This document shows positions 36,123 to 48,200 of a stretch of 64,000 nt of DNA, in pieces (the first letter of the stretch is position 1; every line of letters starts with the position of its first letter). The DNA is from Squalus acanthias (taxonomy: Eukaryota). Both the position numbers and the translations under genes were made by a program. The notes beneath the pieces were generated by a model. The model searched no databases. It was given only the letters and a program-made list of their open reading frames with translations, and was not told the origin of the DNA. The stretch is taken from NCBI GenBank assembly GCA_030390025.1, contig JASTWF010000034.1, positions 2,542,001 to 2,606,000 on the forward strand, in the 5' to 3' direction.

Positions 36123-36844
36123 TGTAGGATCGAGTGTACCTGTAGGATTTAGTCAGCACTTTTAAGATTTAATAACCATTGTTAAATAACTATAACTTGT
36201 GAAATGGTATGTTGAAAATCTAAAAGCCTGTATAAAATGGCGAACGGCTGAGGAGCAAAGCATGATTGTAAATTATGCCAACTTGATGTATTTCTGTAAA
36301 ATGGTTTGTGAAGTAAACAGGGAGATAGTGGGTAACAAGAATTTCAGCAACATTGCAAAATAATATAGGGGGCTGGAGACAGTCACCGCTCCCTGTCTTC
36401 TCAAAAATGCAGAACGGGCTAAACAATGAGCTGATTAAAAAGCAAAAAGACTTCTGTGGGAACTTAGCGTGAAGGTTGTTTTCAGATAAGGATAGCTTGA
36501 GATGCAAGAAATGGGGAGTGAGAGAGTGACTGAAATAACAGATAACAGACAGTTAATGAAGGCCACTTAAGCACAGGGGAGAAAAAGGAATAAATGAACA
36601 GTTATTGAACACTGAAGGCAGCGCATAACCAGAGGAATAGAAGATTCAGACACAAGAACACAGCAAGAGAAAAAGAGAAGTTGCCACAGTCACCCGGATG
36701 ATACCACCGGGGTTTCGAGGAACAGACTGCGACTATCTTCTTGTTCAGTATTACTTCTTTGTACTGGATGTTTAATACTTAATAAACCTGCTTTACTTAT
36801 ACACAATATACCTGTACCGGGAGTGGTTTGTGTAGTCGCGGACA
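36123..36844 (+). mobile_element. Possible solo LTR
   Basis: Ends in CA about 60 bp after an AATAAA (36781). The start is uncertain (TG at 36123, 36141, or 36276 where AATTA would give a 5-bp TSD). No PBS or PPT seen. Confidence 0.25.
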
Positions 36845-37111
36845 AATTATTATAAGAGAGCTTTTAAAGCAACAGATCGGCCAGGATTTGTTCCTGTGAC
36901 TCTGTAAGTAAGCAGACCGAGAATTAGGTGAAAACAAAAGTAAATTACTGCTGATACTGGAAATCTGAAATGAAAACAGAAAATGTTGGAAATATTGAGC
37001 GGCTCAGGCAGCATCTGTCGAGAGAGAGAGAAACGTTTCCTAAACCAAGACAGCATTCTTCCGATCTGTTAAAAATGTTCAGTGTAGAAAGCAAACTGAA
37101 ATTCTTTAAAT

Positions 37112-37944
37112 GAAGAGTGAATGTTTAAGGTGGTGGATGGGTTGCCAATCAAGCGGGCTGCTTTTTCCTGGATGGTTTCGAGCTTCTTGCGTGTTGTTGG
37201 AGCTGCACTCATCCAGGCAAGTGGAGAGTATTCCATCACACTTCTTACTTGTGCCTTGTAGATGGTAGAAAGGCTTTGGGAAGTCAGGAGTTGAGACACT
37301 CTCCACAAAATACCTAGCCTCTGACCTGCTCAGGTTGCTACAGTATTTATGTGGCTGGTCCAGTTACGTTTCTGGTCAATGGAGACCCTCAGGATGTTGA
37401 TGGTGGTGGATTTGGCGATGGTAATGCCGTTGAATGTCAAGGGGCGGTGGTTAGACTCTCGTTTGTTGGAGATAGTCATTGCCTGGCGTGAAAGTTACCT
37501 GCCACTTATCAGCCCTAGCCTGAACGTCGTCCAGGTCTTGTTGCCTGCGGGCATGGATTGCTTCATCTGAGGAGTTGTGATTGGCACTGAACACTGTGCA
37601 GTCATCAGCGAACATTCGCATTTCTGACCTTATGTTGGAGGGAAGGTCATTGATAAAGCAACTAAAGATGGATGGGCCGAGGACACTGCCCTGAGGAACT
37701 CCTGCAACGATGTCCTGGGCCTGTGATGATTGAACTTCAGCCACCACAACCATCTTCCATTGTGTTAGGTATGAGTCCAGACAGTGGTGAGTTTTCCCCC
37801 CGATTCCCATTGATTTCAGTTTTACTAGGGCTCCTTGACGCCACACTTGGTCAAATGCTGACATAATGTCAAGCAAAGTCACTCTCACCTCAACTCTGGA
37901 ATTCAGCTCCTTTGTCCATTTTTGGACCACGGCTGTAATGAGGT
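37112..37944 (-). mobile_element. LINE RT fragment (second CR1-group family)
   Basis: LDIMSAFDQVW..GVPQGSVLGPSIFSCFINDLP..MFADD; IYKAQVRSVMEYSPLAW. Confidence 0.85.
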
Positions 37945-38758
37945 CATCTCTTCTTTAAAGGCAGCTCACTGTTCGATTACAGTTTGGCCTTCCAATCTTT
38001 GATTCCAATTTACTCAGGCCAGCTCCGTTCTCATTCCACTGAAATTGGCCCTCTCCATTTTTTTTTTTTTACTCTAGATTGTTCCCTGTACCTTTTCCAT
38101 AGCTAATCTAAATCTTATGATACTATGATCATTGTTTCTTAAATGTTCCCTTACTGAAACTTGCTCCACTTGACCAACTCATCCCCAGAACCAGATGCAG
38201 CAATGCCTCGTTCCTTTGTGCCGGAAATGCAACAATCAAGAACGTTCTCTTGAACTAATGTCAGAAATTCTTCCCTCTCTCTGCCATTTATACTATTACT
38301 ATCCCAGTCTATATTAGGATAATTGAAGTCTCCCATTATTACTACACTATCTTTCTTCCGCCTCTCTGCAATTTCCCTGCAAGTTTGCTCCTCTATATAT
38401 TTCCCACTAGTTGGTGGCCTGTAGAATACATCTAGTCGTCTAATGGCACCTCTATTGTTCCTTAACTCTAACCAAATAGATTATGCCCTTTACCCCTCCA
38501 AGACATCCTCTCTCTCCAGTATTGTAATATACTACTTAATCAACACTGCTACACCACCTCCGTTCTTTCCTTCACTATCTTTCCCGAACATCTTATATCT
38601 AGGAATATTTAGTACCCAATCCTGCCATTTTAGAGCCAGATCTCCGTTATCGCCACAACATCATTTTCCTATATGGCTATTTGCGCCTGCAGCTCACCAA
38701 CCTTATTTACTACACTTCGTGCGTTTACACACATGCACTGTAAACCTATCTTTGACCT

Positions 38759-39479
38759 GCGGCTGCTGGAAATTTGAAATGACAAGATAATGTTGGAAAC
38801 ACTCAGTAAGTCAGGCAGCACCCGTGGAGAGAGAAACAGAGTTAACGTTTCAGGTTTGTGACTCTTTGTCAGCACTGGAAAAATTTATGATGTAACAGGT
38901 TTTAAGCAGGGGCAGAGAAAGCGGAGAGGGGAGGAAAGAACAAAAGGGATGCTGTGCGATAGGCTGGGAGGCAGGGGTGGTTAAATGTTGCAAATCCGGA
39001 TGGCAGAATTTTCAACAGCTGCCGCCTGAAAAAATAGAGGCAGAGGTTAAGGTCTGAAATTGTTGAAATCATTGTTGAGTCCAGAAGGCTGTAAAGTGCC
39101 TAATAGAAAGATGAGGTGCTGATCCTCGAGCTGACGTTGTAAGAGGCCGAGGACAGAGAGGTCAGAGTGGGAGTGGAGCGCTTGTCACTTTAATTCTCCG
39201 CTCCACTCCCACTCTGACTGCAGCTCAGGCGGCAGCTGCTGAATATTCTCCCATTCCCATTGGCAATATTTAACCACTCCTGCCTCCCACCCTAACACAA
39301 ACCGTCCCTTCTGTTATTTCCTCCCCTTCCCCTTCCCCTGCCTCTGCACCTGCTTACAATCTGTTACATCTCTAACTTTCTCCAGTTCTGACGAAGGGTC
39401 ACAGACCGGAAACGGTAACTCTGTTTCTCTCTCCACGGATGCTCCCTGATCTGCTGAGTATTTCCAGCATTTTCTGTTT
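38759..39479. mobile_element. Penelope hairpin, paralogue of 1411-2151, with 13-bp TSD
   Basis: Arms about 38775-39030 and 39226-39478; flanks CTATCTTTGACCT (38746-38758) and CTATCTTAGACCT (39480-39492). Confidence 0.8.
39384..39420 (+). ncRNA. Minimal hammerhead ribozyme motif, probably degenerate
   Basis: AGTT-CTGACGA-AGGGTC-ACA-GACCG-GAAAC-GGT-AACT; core present but stem III altered. Confidence 0.45.
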
Positions 39480-40914
39480 CTATCTTAGACCTTCTTGGAT
39501 TCTCTATTAGTCTGACTCCACCTCATACCGTGCTATTTCATACTCTACTGCTATCTGTCTCTCCCTGTTCGTTGTGCACCTTGTTTCTCCATTTTAATGC
39601 CACATCCTGTTGCCCATCCCCCTGGCAGAAGTGTTTAAACCCTCCCCAACAGCACTACCAACCCCCGCCCTCTCGGGTGAGTATATTGGTCCCGGCTCTG
39701 TTGAGGGGCAACCCGACCGGCCTGTACAGGTCCCACCTCCCCGAAAACCTGTCCCAATGTCCCAGGAATCAAAGCCCTCCCTCCTGCATCATCTCTCCAG
39801 CCGCGCATATACCTGCTCCATTCTTCTATTTGTATACTCACTAGCTCGTGGCACCGGAAATAATCGAGGTCTTGCTTTTTAATCTCTTTCCTAGTTCCCT
39901 ATTAGCTGGCTGCAGCATCACATCCCTCTTTCTACCTATGCTGATGATACCGATATGGAACACGATATCTGGTTGTTCAGCCTCCAGCCTCAGAATGTCC
40001 TGCAGCCACTCAGTGACATTCTTGACCCTGGCACCAGGGAGGAAACATATCATCCTGGAATCACGTCTGCTGCCAGAGGAACGCCTGTCTGTTCCACTAA
40101 CTGTTTAATCCCCAACCACTGTTGCTTTCCCGATCTTCCTCCTCCCCCCTCCGACAGATCATCCACCGTGGTGCCGTGGACTTGGCTCTGGGTGTACTTC
40201 CAACGGAAAACATTGGTTAGAGAGTGGGATGCACTAAGGGGACTCCTGCACTACCTGCCAAGCCCTCCTTGTCTGTCTGACGGTCACCCATTTCCTCTCT
40301 GCCTGCACACTACTTTGTTGCGGAGAGACCACCTCCTGAAATGTGCTATCCTCGTACCTCTAAGCCTCACGGATGCACCGTGAGTGACGCCAGAGGCTGC
40401 TCAAGCTCTGAAACCCGTGGGAGGTGTCCTGGAGTTCCTACGTGGCCCAAGATGTGCATTCCAGGCGACTGAGATGCCCTGCCATGCCTATATTTAATAG
40501 ACTTAACTGAATTAAACTCAAGAATTAAAAATCATCACAATCTACTCCCCATTTTTTTCTTCGTGGGGCCTTCCCTTGTGCTGATGTCACTTACCTCCCT
40601 CTCTTGCACTCGCTCCCAGCTTCAGGTTCTCTGGCCTACCTTTTTCATCGTCCGCTCCTCTCGCTCTCTCCTCCTTCCCCCTCTGCTCGCAATACCCACT
40701 TTCTCCAAATTCACAACCTGAGCACTCTGTTTAGGACCACTCGTTTTAAATTCACTCTGTGCAGACCACTGAAAAAAATGGATTTCCCCACTGTTCTTCT
40801 CTGATTTATTCCATAACAGGCCATCGGGATTAAAGAAATTAATAAATAAATGTTCCTAAATGGCAGGATCTGAGAGATGATCACAGTGATGGAACGATGG
40901 GACTCGCCGACTGA

Positions 40915-42780
40915 AAATGCTCCCGCCTCAATCCGGGAATTTAATTCACAGGTCCGCCGAGATTGCACTGCTACTGTCTCAGTCCTGGAATTTCATTCCC
41001 AGGTCCACTGAGTTTATAATTATCCCGCCTCTGTCCAGGAGTTTCATTCCCAGGGCTGCCTAGATTACACTGCTCCCACCTCAGTTCAGGAATTTCATTC
41101 CCAGGGCCGCCTATATTACACTGCTCCCACCTCATTCCAGGAATTTAATACCCAGGACTACCTAGATTAAACTGCTCTCGCTTTAGGCCAGGAATTTAAT
41201 TCCCTGGACAGCCTAGATTACACTGCTCCCACCTCAGTCCAGGGATTTCATTCCCAGGGCTGCCTAGATTACACTGCTCCCACCTCAATCCAGGAATTTA
41301 ATTCCCTGGACAGCCTAGATTACACTGCTCCCGCCTCAGTTCAGGAATTTCATTCCCAGGACTGCCTAGATTACACTGCTCCCGCCTCAGTTCAGGAATT
41401 TCATTCCCAGGACTGCCTAGATTACACTGCTCCCGCCTCAGTCAAGGAATTTCATTCCCAGGACTGCCTAGATTACACTGCTCCCGCCTCAGTCAAGGAA
41501 TTTCATTCCCTGTACAGCCTAGATTAAACTGCTCCCGCCCCAGTCCAGGAATTTAATATAGGGCTGCCTGGATTACACTGCTACTACCTCAGTTCATGAA
41601 TTTCCTGCCCTGGCCCGTCTAGATTACACTGCTCCAGCCTCATTCAAGGATTTCTTTCCGGGGAACTCCTGAAATTACTCTGCTCCCGCCTTAGTCCAGC
41701 AATTTCATTCCCAGGCTGCCGAGATTGCACTGCTCCCACCAATGTCCAGGAATTGTATTCCCAGTGCCGCCTAGATAACACTGCTCCCGCCTCAGTCCAG
41801 GAATTTCATTCCCAGTGCTGCCTAGATTTCACTGATCCCACCTCAATCCAGGAATTTCATTCCCAGGACTGCCTAATTTACACTGCTCTTCCCTCAGTCC
41901 AGGAATTTCATTCCCAGTGCTGCCTAGATTACACTGATCCTACCTCAGTCCAGGAAATTCATTCCCAGGACCGCCTAATTACACTGCTCCAGCCTGAATC
42001 CAGGAATTTCAGTCCCAGGGCCGCCTAGATTACACTGCTCCCGCCTCAGTCAAGGAATTTCATTCCCAGCGATGCCAAGATTACACTGCTCCCCTCCTCA
42101 GTCCAGGAATTTCATTCTCAGGGCCGACTAGATTACACTGCTCCCACCTCAGTCCAGGAATTTAATTCCCAGTGCTGCCTAGATTACACTGCTCTCGCCT
42201 CAGTAAAGGAATTTCATTCACAGGCTGCCTGGATTACACTGTTCCCGCCACAGTCCAGGAATTTCATTCCCAAGGCTGCCTAGATTACACTGCTCCTGCC
42301 TCAGTCCAGGAATTTCATTCTCAGGGCCGACTAGATTACACTGCTCCCACCTCAGTCCAGGAATTTAATTCCCAGTGCTGCCTAGATTACACTGCTCTCG
42401 CCTCAGTAAAGGAATTTCATTCACAGGGCTGCCTGGATTACACTGTTCCCGCCACAGTCCAGGAATTTCATTCCCAAGGCTGCCTAGATTACACTGCTCC
42501 TGCCTCAGTCCAGGAATTTAATTCCGAGGACAACCAAGTTTACACTGCTCCCGCCTTAGACTAGGATTTTTATTCCCAGGTCCGCCTAGATTGCACTGCT
42601 CCTGACTCAGTCCTGGAATTTCATTCCCAGGTCCACCGAGTTTATAATTATCCCGCCTCTGTCCAGGAGTTTCATTTCCAGGGCTGCTTAGATGACACTG
42701 CTCCCACCTCAGTCTAGAAATGTCATTCCCAGGGCAGCCTAGATTACACTGCTCCCACCTCAGCACCGGAATTTAATTCC
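40915..42780 (+). repeat. 51-bp minisatellite, about 36 units
   Basis: Same unit as 3565-3850; 17-aa periodicity HSQGCLDYTAPASVQEF in ORF 42172-42564. Confidence 0.95.
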
Positions 42781-43741
42781 AAGTTAATTTCTCTATTGCC
42801 TGAAACTAGTGCAATAACAAGAACAACATGCGTCTAAAGAGTTAGCTTACCCAGACAAACATGTCACGGTGTTTGACCGAGGGGAAGAAAAATTAAAATG
42901 AGCAAAGGAATCATAGGAATATGTTTAAAATATTAACCATTGAGATAAATAGGCTGTAAGCACCTCATAACTGAATGAAACGCACTGGAATCATTGCATT
43001 CTTGCATAGTTATACTCACAGAATCATACCTATCAGTCAATATTCCGGACTGCTCCATCACCATCCAGGGTCTGCACAGACCCACCAGAGGTGGCGACAC
43101 AGGGCAGTACAGTCGGGAGGGAGAAACCCTGCGACCCATAAACATTGCTATGGACATAATAAAGACTCATTGTTTCCAGTCAGACATGGGCAGGGTAACT
43201 TCCTGCTGATTACCAACTTCCGACATCCCTGAGCTGAAGAATCGGCCCATCTGCATGCTGAACACCAGTTGATGGGAGCACCGAGAGCAGAAAGGGTGCA
43301 AAATATACGCTGGCTGTGGACGGGGACTTCAATGTCCATCACCAAGAGTGGCTCGGAAGTACCATTATTAACTGAGCGCTGAAGAGCGCAGCTGCCAGAC
43401 TGGGATTGCGGCAGGTGGTGGGAGAACCAACATGAGAGAATAGCCTGCTTGACCTCGTCCTCACCAACCGACCTATCGCATAATCATCTGTCCATGACGA
43501 TATTTGTTGGACTGACCAATGCACAATATTTGTGGAGAATAAGTCTCGCCTTCACCCTGAGGCCACCTTCCATCATATCATGCGCCACTGCCATGGTGAT
43601 CAATGGAATGAATTTAGACAGAGCCAAGCGATCCCACAACCAACACAGCAAATTATTTCAAAGCTGTCACATCCTGTCGTGAAAGGGAGTGAACAATTGA
43701 GCCGTTTCCACATAGCTCTGAAAATGTCTCCTTTTCAATTA

Positions 43742-43923
43742 TAGGTGGAAGCGGAGAAACTCACTGTTTTCAAGGGGAGACTGGATAGGCACTTCAGGGA
43801 AATTCACTTGCCGGGCTACGGGGATAGAGCGAGGGAATGAGACTGACTGGATTGCTCTACAGAGAGCGCACATACTCGATTGCCAAATGCCTCCTTCTGT
43901 GCCGTTATGACTCTATGATTCTA
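43742..43923 (+). mobile_element. Short CR1 3'-end insertion specific to the right-hand duplicate
   Basis: Ends in TATGACTCTATGATTCTA; absent at the paralogous position about 4842. Confidence 0.75.
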
Positions 43924-43954
43924 TATCCAAATAACTTTTGGAAGTTAAAGTTAT

Positions 43955-44670
43955 GAAAGAAGGAAAGAATTGCATTAATATAGCGCTTTTCACGATCTTG
44001 GGATGCCCCAAAGCGCTTTACAGCCAATTAAGTACTTTTGAAGTGTAGTCACTGTTGTACTGTAGGAAACATGGCACCCAATATGTGCACAGCAAGCTTC
44101 CACAAACAGCAATCTGATAATTACCAGATCATCTGCTTTCGTATTGTTGATTGAGATAAATATTGGTCAGAACATCAGGGTTAATTCTGCTGCTTTTCTT
44201 CGATATAGTTCCATGGGAATTTTTACCTCCACCTTAGAGAACAGACTCTGTTTAACGTCTCATCTGAAAGACGGCAGCTCCGACAGTGCAGTGCTCCCTC
44301 AGTACTGTCCCTCTGGCAGTGCAGCGCTCCCTCAGTACAGCCCCTCTGACAGTGCAGCGACCCCTCAGTACTGACCTTCTGACAGTGCAGCGATCCCTCA
44401 GTACTGCCCTGCTGACAGTGCAGCGCTCCCTCAGTATTGCCCCTCTGACAGTGCAGCAATCCCTCAGTACTGACCCTCTGACAGTGCGGCGCTCCCTCAG
44501 TATTGCCACTCTGACAGTGCAGCGCTCCCTCAGTACTGAACCTCTGACAGTGCAGCGCTCCCTCAGTACTGCACTGCAGTGGTAACCTAGATTTTTGTAC
44601 TCAAGTCACTGGAGTGGGACTTGAACCCGCAACCTGCTGACTCAGAGCCAAGAGTGCCACGACCTGAGCC
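43955..44670 (-). mobile_element. Deu-type SINE containing an expanded 33-bp repeat (about 44280-44580)
   Basis: Paralogue of 4876-5365; unit CTGACAGTGCAGCGCTCCCTCAGTACTGCCCCT present about 9 times versus 2 in the left copy. Confidence 0.88.
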
Positions 44671-45552
44671 TACTGAACCTGCATCCACCAGAATTTCCAA
44701 GTTCATTCCAGATCATAAAATTTCACTGCATGACCAAAGTTCTTCTCATCTGCTCTCTGTTTCTTTTAACAATTATATCATATCTATGCCCTTTTGGTAA
44801 TGACAAGGCAAGTAGTGGAAACAGTTTCAGCATACTTACTCTATCAATACCCCCCATGATTTTGAACACTTCTATTCAATCTCCGCCTAACCTTCTCTGC
44901 TATAAGGAGAACAATCCCAGTTTCTCTCGTCTCCGCACATAACTGAAATCCCTCATCCCTGGAGTCATTATGGTAAATTCTCTCCACACAAGTGACAGAC
45001 GATGACCAGCTCCAACAAGAAGGAGTCTATCCTCCTCCACTTGACAATCAACGGCATTTCCATCACCGAATCCTCCATCATCAAAATCCTAGGGGTCGCC
45101 ATTGATCAGAAACTCAACTGGACCAGGCACATAAATGCCGTGGCTACTACAGCAGGTCAGACGCTGGGTGTTCTGTGGTGAGTAACTCACCTCCTGAATC
45201 CACAAATGATCTCCAACACCTACAAGGCACAGATCAAGAGTGTTATAGATTACTGTCTGTAGAGAGAGGGATGACATGTGGGTAAGACCCGACTAATTCT
45301 AATAATTTTATTGAAAATTTCTCAATACTAAGGACAAGTACAAATATTAAAACTGAATGTCTGCAAAATAAGCAGGTTCTAAGGGTTCATATTCAGGACA
45401 AGATTAGAATCTGTGAAGGAACATTAATGGCCTAATAATCTGTAAGGACAGATATGAAGGCCGAGAATATCCGAACGGAATTTCGGATCTGATATCGCTC
45501 GCTTTGTGCCACCGCGCGAGAGGAATTTATAGGCAATTTTGTTTGCAGCATT

Positions 45553-46691
45553 TTGTCTCTTTAGAAAGCCTGTGTGATTGGTCCTGTGTCTTTAAAAAGC
45601 CTGTGTGATTGGTCCTGTGTCTTTAAAAAGCCAGTGTGATTGGTCCTGTGTCTTTAAAAAGCCAGTGTGATTGGTCCTGTGTCTTTAAAAAGCCAGTGTG
45701 ATTGGTCCTGTGTCTTTAAAAAGCCAGTGTGATTGGTCCTGTGTCTTTAAAAAGCCAGTGTGATTGGTCCTGTGTCTTTAAAAAGCCTATGTGATTGCTC
45801 CTGTCTCTTCGAATAGCCTGTGTGATTGCTCCTGTCTCTTCGAATAGCCTGAGTGACTGGTCCTGTCTCTTTAAAAAGCCTGCGTGACTGGTGCTTTTTC
45901 TTTAAAAAGCCTGTGTGACTGGTCCTGTCTCTTTAAAAAGGCTGTGTGACTGGACCTGTCTCTTTAAAAAGCCTGTGTGACTGGTCCTGTTTCTTTAAAA
46001 AGTATGTGTGACCGGTCCTGTCTCTTTAAAAAACCTGTGTCACTGGTCCTGTCTCTTTAGAAAGCCTGTGTGACTGGTCCTGCTTCTTTAAAAAGACTGT
46101 GTGACTGGTGCTGTCTCTTTAAAAAGCCTGTGTGATTGGTCCTGTCTCTTTAAAAGGACTGTGCGACTGGGCCTGTGTCATTAAAAAGCTTGTCTCAATG
46201 GTCCAGTCTCTATAAAAAGCCAGTGTGACTGTTCCTGTGTCTTTAAAAATTCTGTGTGACTGGTCCTGTCTCTTTAAAAAGCCTGCGTGACTGGTCCTGT
46301 CTCTTTAAAAAGCCTGTGTGACTGGTCCTGTCTCTTTAAAAAGCCTGTGTGACTGGTAATGTCACTTTCAAAAGCCTGTGTGATTGCTCCTGTCTCTTCG
46401 AAAAGCCTGAGTGACAGGTGCTGACTTTTTAAAAAGCCTGTTTGACTGGTCCTGTCTCTTTAAAAAGCCTGTGTGACCGGTGCTGTCTCTTTAAAAATCC
46501 TGTGTGACTGGTCCTGTCTCTTTAAAAAGCCTGCGTGACTGGTTCTGTCTCCTTAAAAAGCCTGTGTGACTGGACCTGTCTATCTAAAAAGCCTGCGTGA
46601 CTGGTCCTGTCTCTTTAAAAAGCCTGTGCGGCTGGTGCTGTCTCTTTAAATACCTGAGTGACTGGTCCTGTCTCTTTATAAGGACTGTGTG
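45553..46691 (+). repeat. 31-bp satellite array 2, part before the CR1
   Basis: Same monomer as array 1; begins with a homogeneous run of GTGTGATTGGTCCTGTGTCTTTAAAAAGCC variants. Confidence 0.97.
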
Positions 46692-46992
46692 ACAGAGGCG
46701 GCGGACCTGGGTGGAGCAAGAGCGGCGAGGCGGCGCGGTAAAAGGCGGCAGCGACCAGGTAGGCCCACAGACGCGGCGGACCTGGGTGGAGCAACAGCGG
46801 CGAGGCGGCGGCGGTAAAAGGCGGCAGCGACCAGGTAGGCCCACAGAGGCGGCGGACCTGGGTGGAGCAACAGCGGCGAGGCGGCGGCGGTAAAAGACGG
46901 CAGCGACCAGGTAGGCCCACAGAGGCGGCGGACCTGGGTGGAGCAACAGCGGCGAGGCGGCGGCGGTAAAAGGCGGCAGCGACCAGGTAGGC
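46692..46992 (+). repeat. Four 76-bp GC-rich monomers at the CR1 5' end
   Basis: Units start at 46692, 46767, 46843 and 46919: ACAGAGGCGGCGGACCTGGGTGGAGCAACAGCGGCGAGGCGGCGGCGGTAAAAGGCGGCAGCGACCAGGTAGGCCC. Confidence 0.95.
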
Positions 46993-47204
46993 TTTCACCA
47001 AGCCGAGAGCAGGAGAGAGGTAAAAAATAATCGAAGTGTGACGTCACCAGAAAGCAGGTAAGTGATTGGTTGGTGAGTATTTCTCTTTTTTTTATACAAA
47101 ACTTCAATTCCATAGTTTATAGTTTCTCGGGTATCTGTGGTGTAGCGGAGACTGCTGGCATAAATTAACTGAAGGGTAAATACATTTTTAATTAATTACA
47201 TAGA

Positions 47205-48161
47205 ATGGGAGAGCAGGTGATGTGTTACTGCTGCAATATGTGGGAGCTGGTGGACACCATTGATGTTCACGGTGAACACATTTGCAGTAAGTGTTGGCTG
47301 CTCGAGGAACTCCAGCTCCGTGTTGATGAGCTGGAGTCCGAGCTTCAAACACTGCGACACATCAGGGAGGGGGAGAGTTACCTGGACTCCGTGTTTCAGG
47401 AGGTAGTCACACCAATTAGAGTAACTAATTCAGAAGTAGCCCGTGGTCAGGGACAGGAAGGTGTGACTACGAGTGAGGCAGGTACAGGGATCCAGGAGGT
47501 AGTTTTGGAGGAGCCGCAGCCCTTGCTCTTGTCCAACAGGTTCGAGGCTCTTACTCCCTGTGTGAATAGGAGCGGGGACTGCAGGGAGGATGAGCAACCT
47601 GGCCACAGCACCGTGGTAAGGGGGGCCATTCAAGTGGGGGGAGTAAAAAGAAATGTTGTAGTGGTAGGGGATAGTATCATTAGGGGGATAGATAGGGTTC
47701 TTTGCAGCCAAAAGCGAGAGTCCCGAAGGCTGTGTTGCCTGCCCGGTGCCAGGGTTAAGGACATCTCCTCTGGGCTGGAGAGAAACTTGGAGTTGGAGGG
47801 GGAGGATCCAGTTGTCGTGGTCCATGTTGGTACCAATGACATAGATAGGACAAGGAAAGAGGTTCTGCTGAGGGAGTGTGAGCAGCTAGGGGCCAAATTA
47901 AAAAGCAGAACCTCGAGGGTAATAATCTCTGGATTACTACCTGAGCCATGAGCAAATTCGGCTGGGGTAAATAAAATCAGGGAGTTGAATGCGTGGCTCA
48001 AAGACCGGTGTGGGAAAAATGGGTTTTGCTTCTTGGGACACTGGCACCAGTACTGGGGCAGGAGAGAGCTGTTCCGTTGGGACGGACTTCACTTGGCCAG
48101 TGCTGGGACTAGTGTCCTGGCGAATCGAATAACTAGGGCAGTGGAGAGGGCTTTAAACTAA
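47205..48161 (+). pseudogene. CR1 ORF1 (zinc finger, leucine zipper, SGNH esterase-like) with one in-frame stop
   Basis: CYCC..CSKC, LQLRVDELESELQTL, VVGDS, LPGA, HVGTND; TGA at 47949-47951, after which the frame continues (DGLHL) to TAA at 48159-48161. Confidence 0.9.
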
Positions 48162-48200
48162 TTAGGGGGGGGGGAGGTTTCAAGAGAGCAAAAAATAAAA

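Larger units (their letters stand above)
37945..45560 (+). repeat. Segmental duplicate of about 224-6240 (same order and orientation), running into the same satellite
   Basis: Collinear CR1 endonuclease piece, Penelope hairpin, CR1 ORF1, 51-bp minisatellite, LINE piece, SINE, LINE piece, unique AT-rich DNA and satellite start, with shared insertion junctions. Confidence 0.93.

Noticed and set aside
41753..42766. 17-aa repeat protein ORFs
   Set aside because: By-product of the 51-bp minisatellite; frames are broken by indels and the paralogue is much shorter.
46584..47113. Pro/Arg/Ala-rich minus-strand ORFs
   Set aside because: These are translations of the 76-bp CR1 5' monomers.
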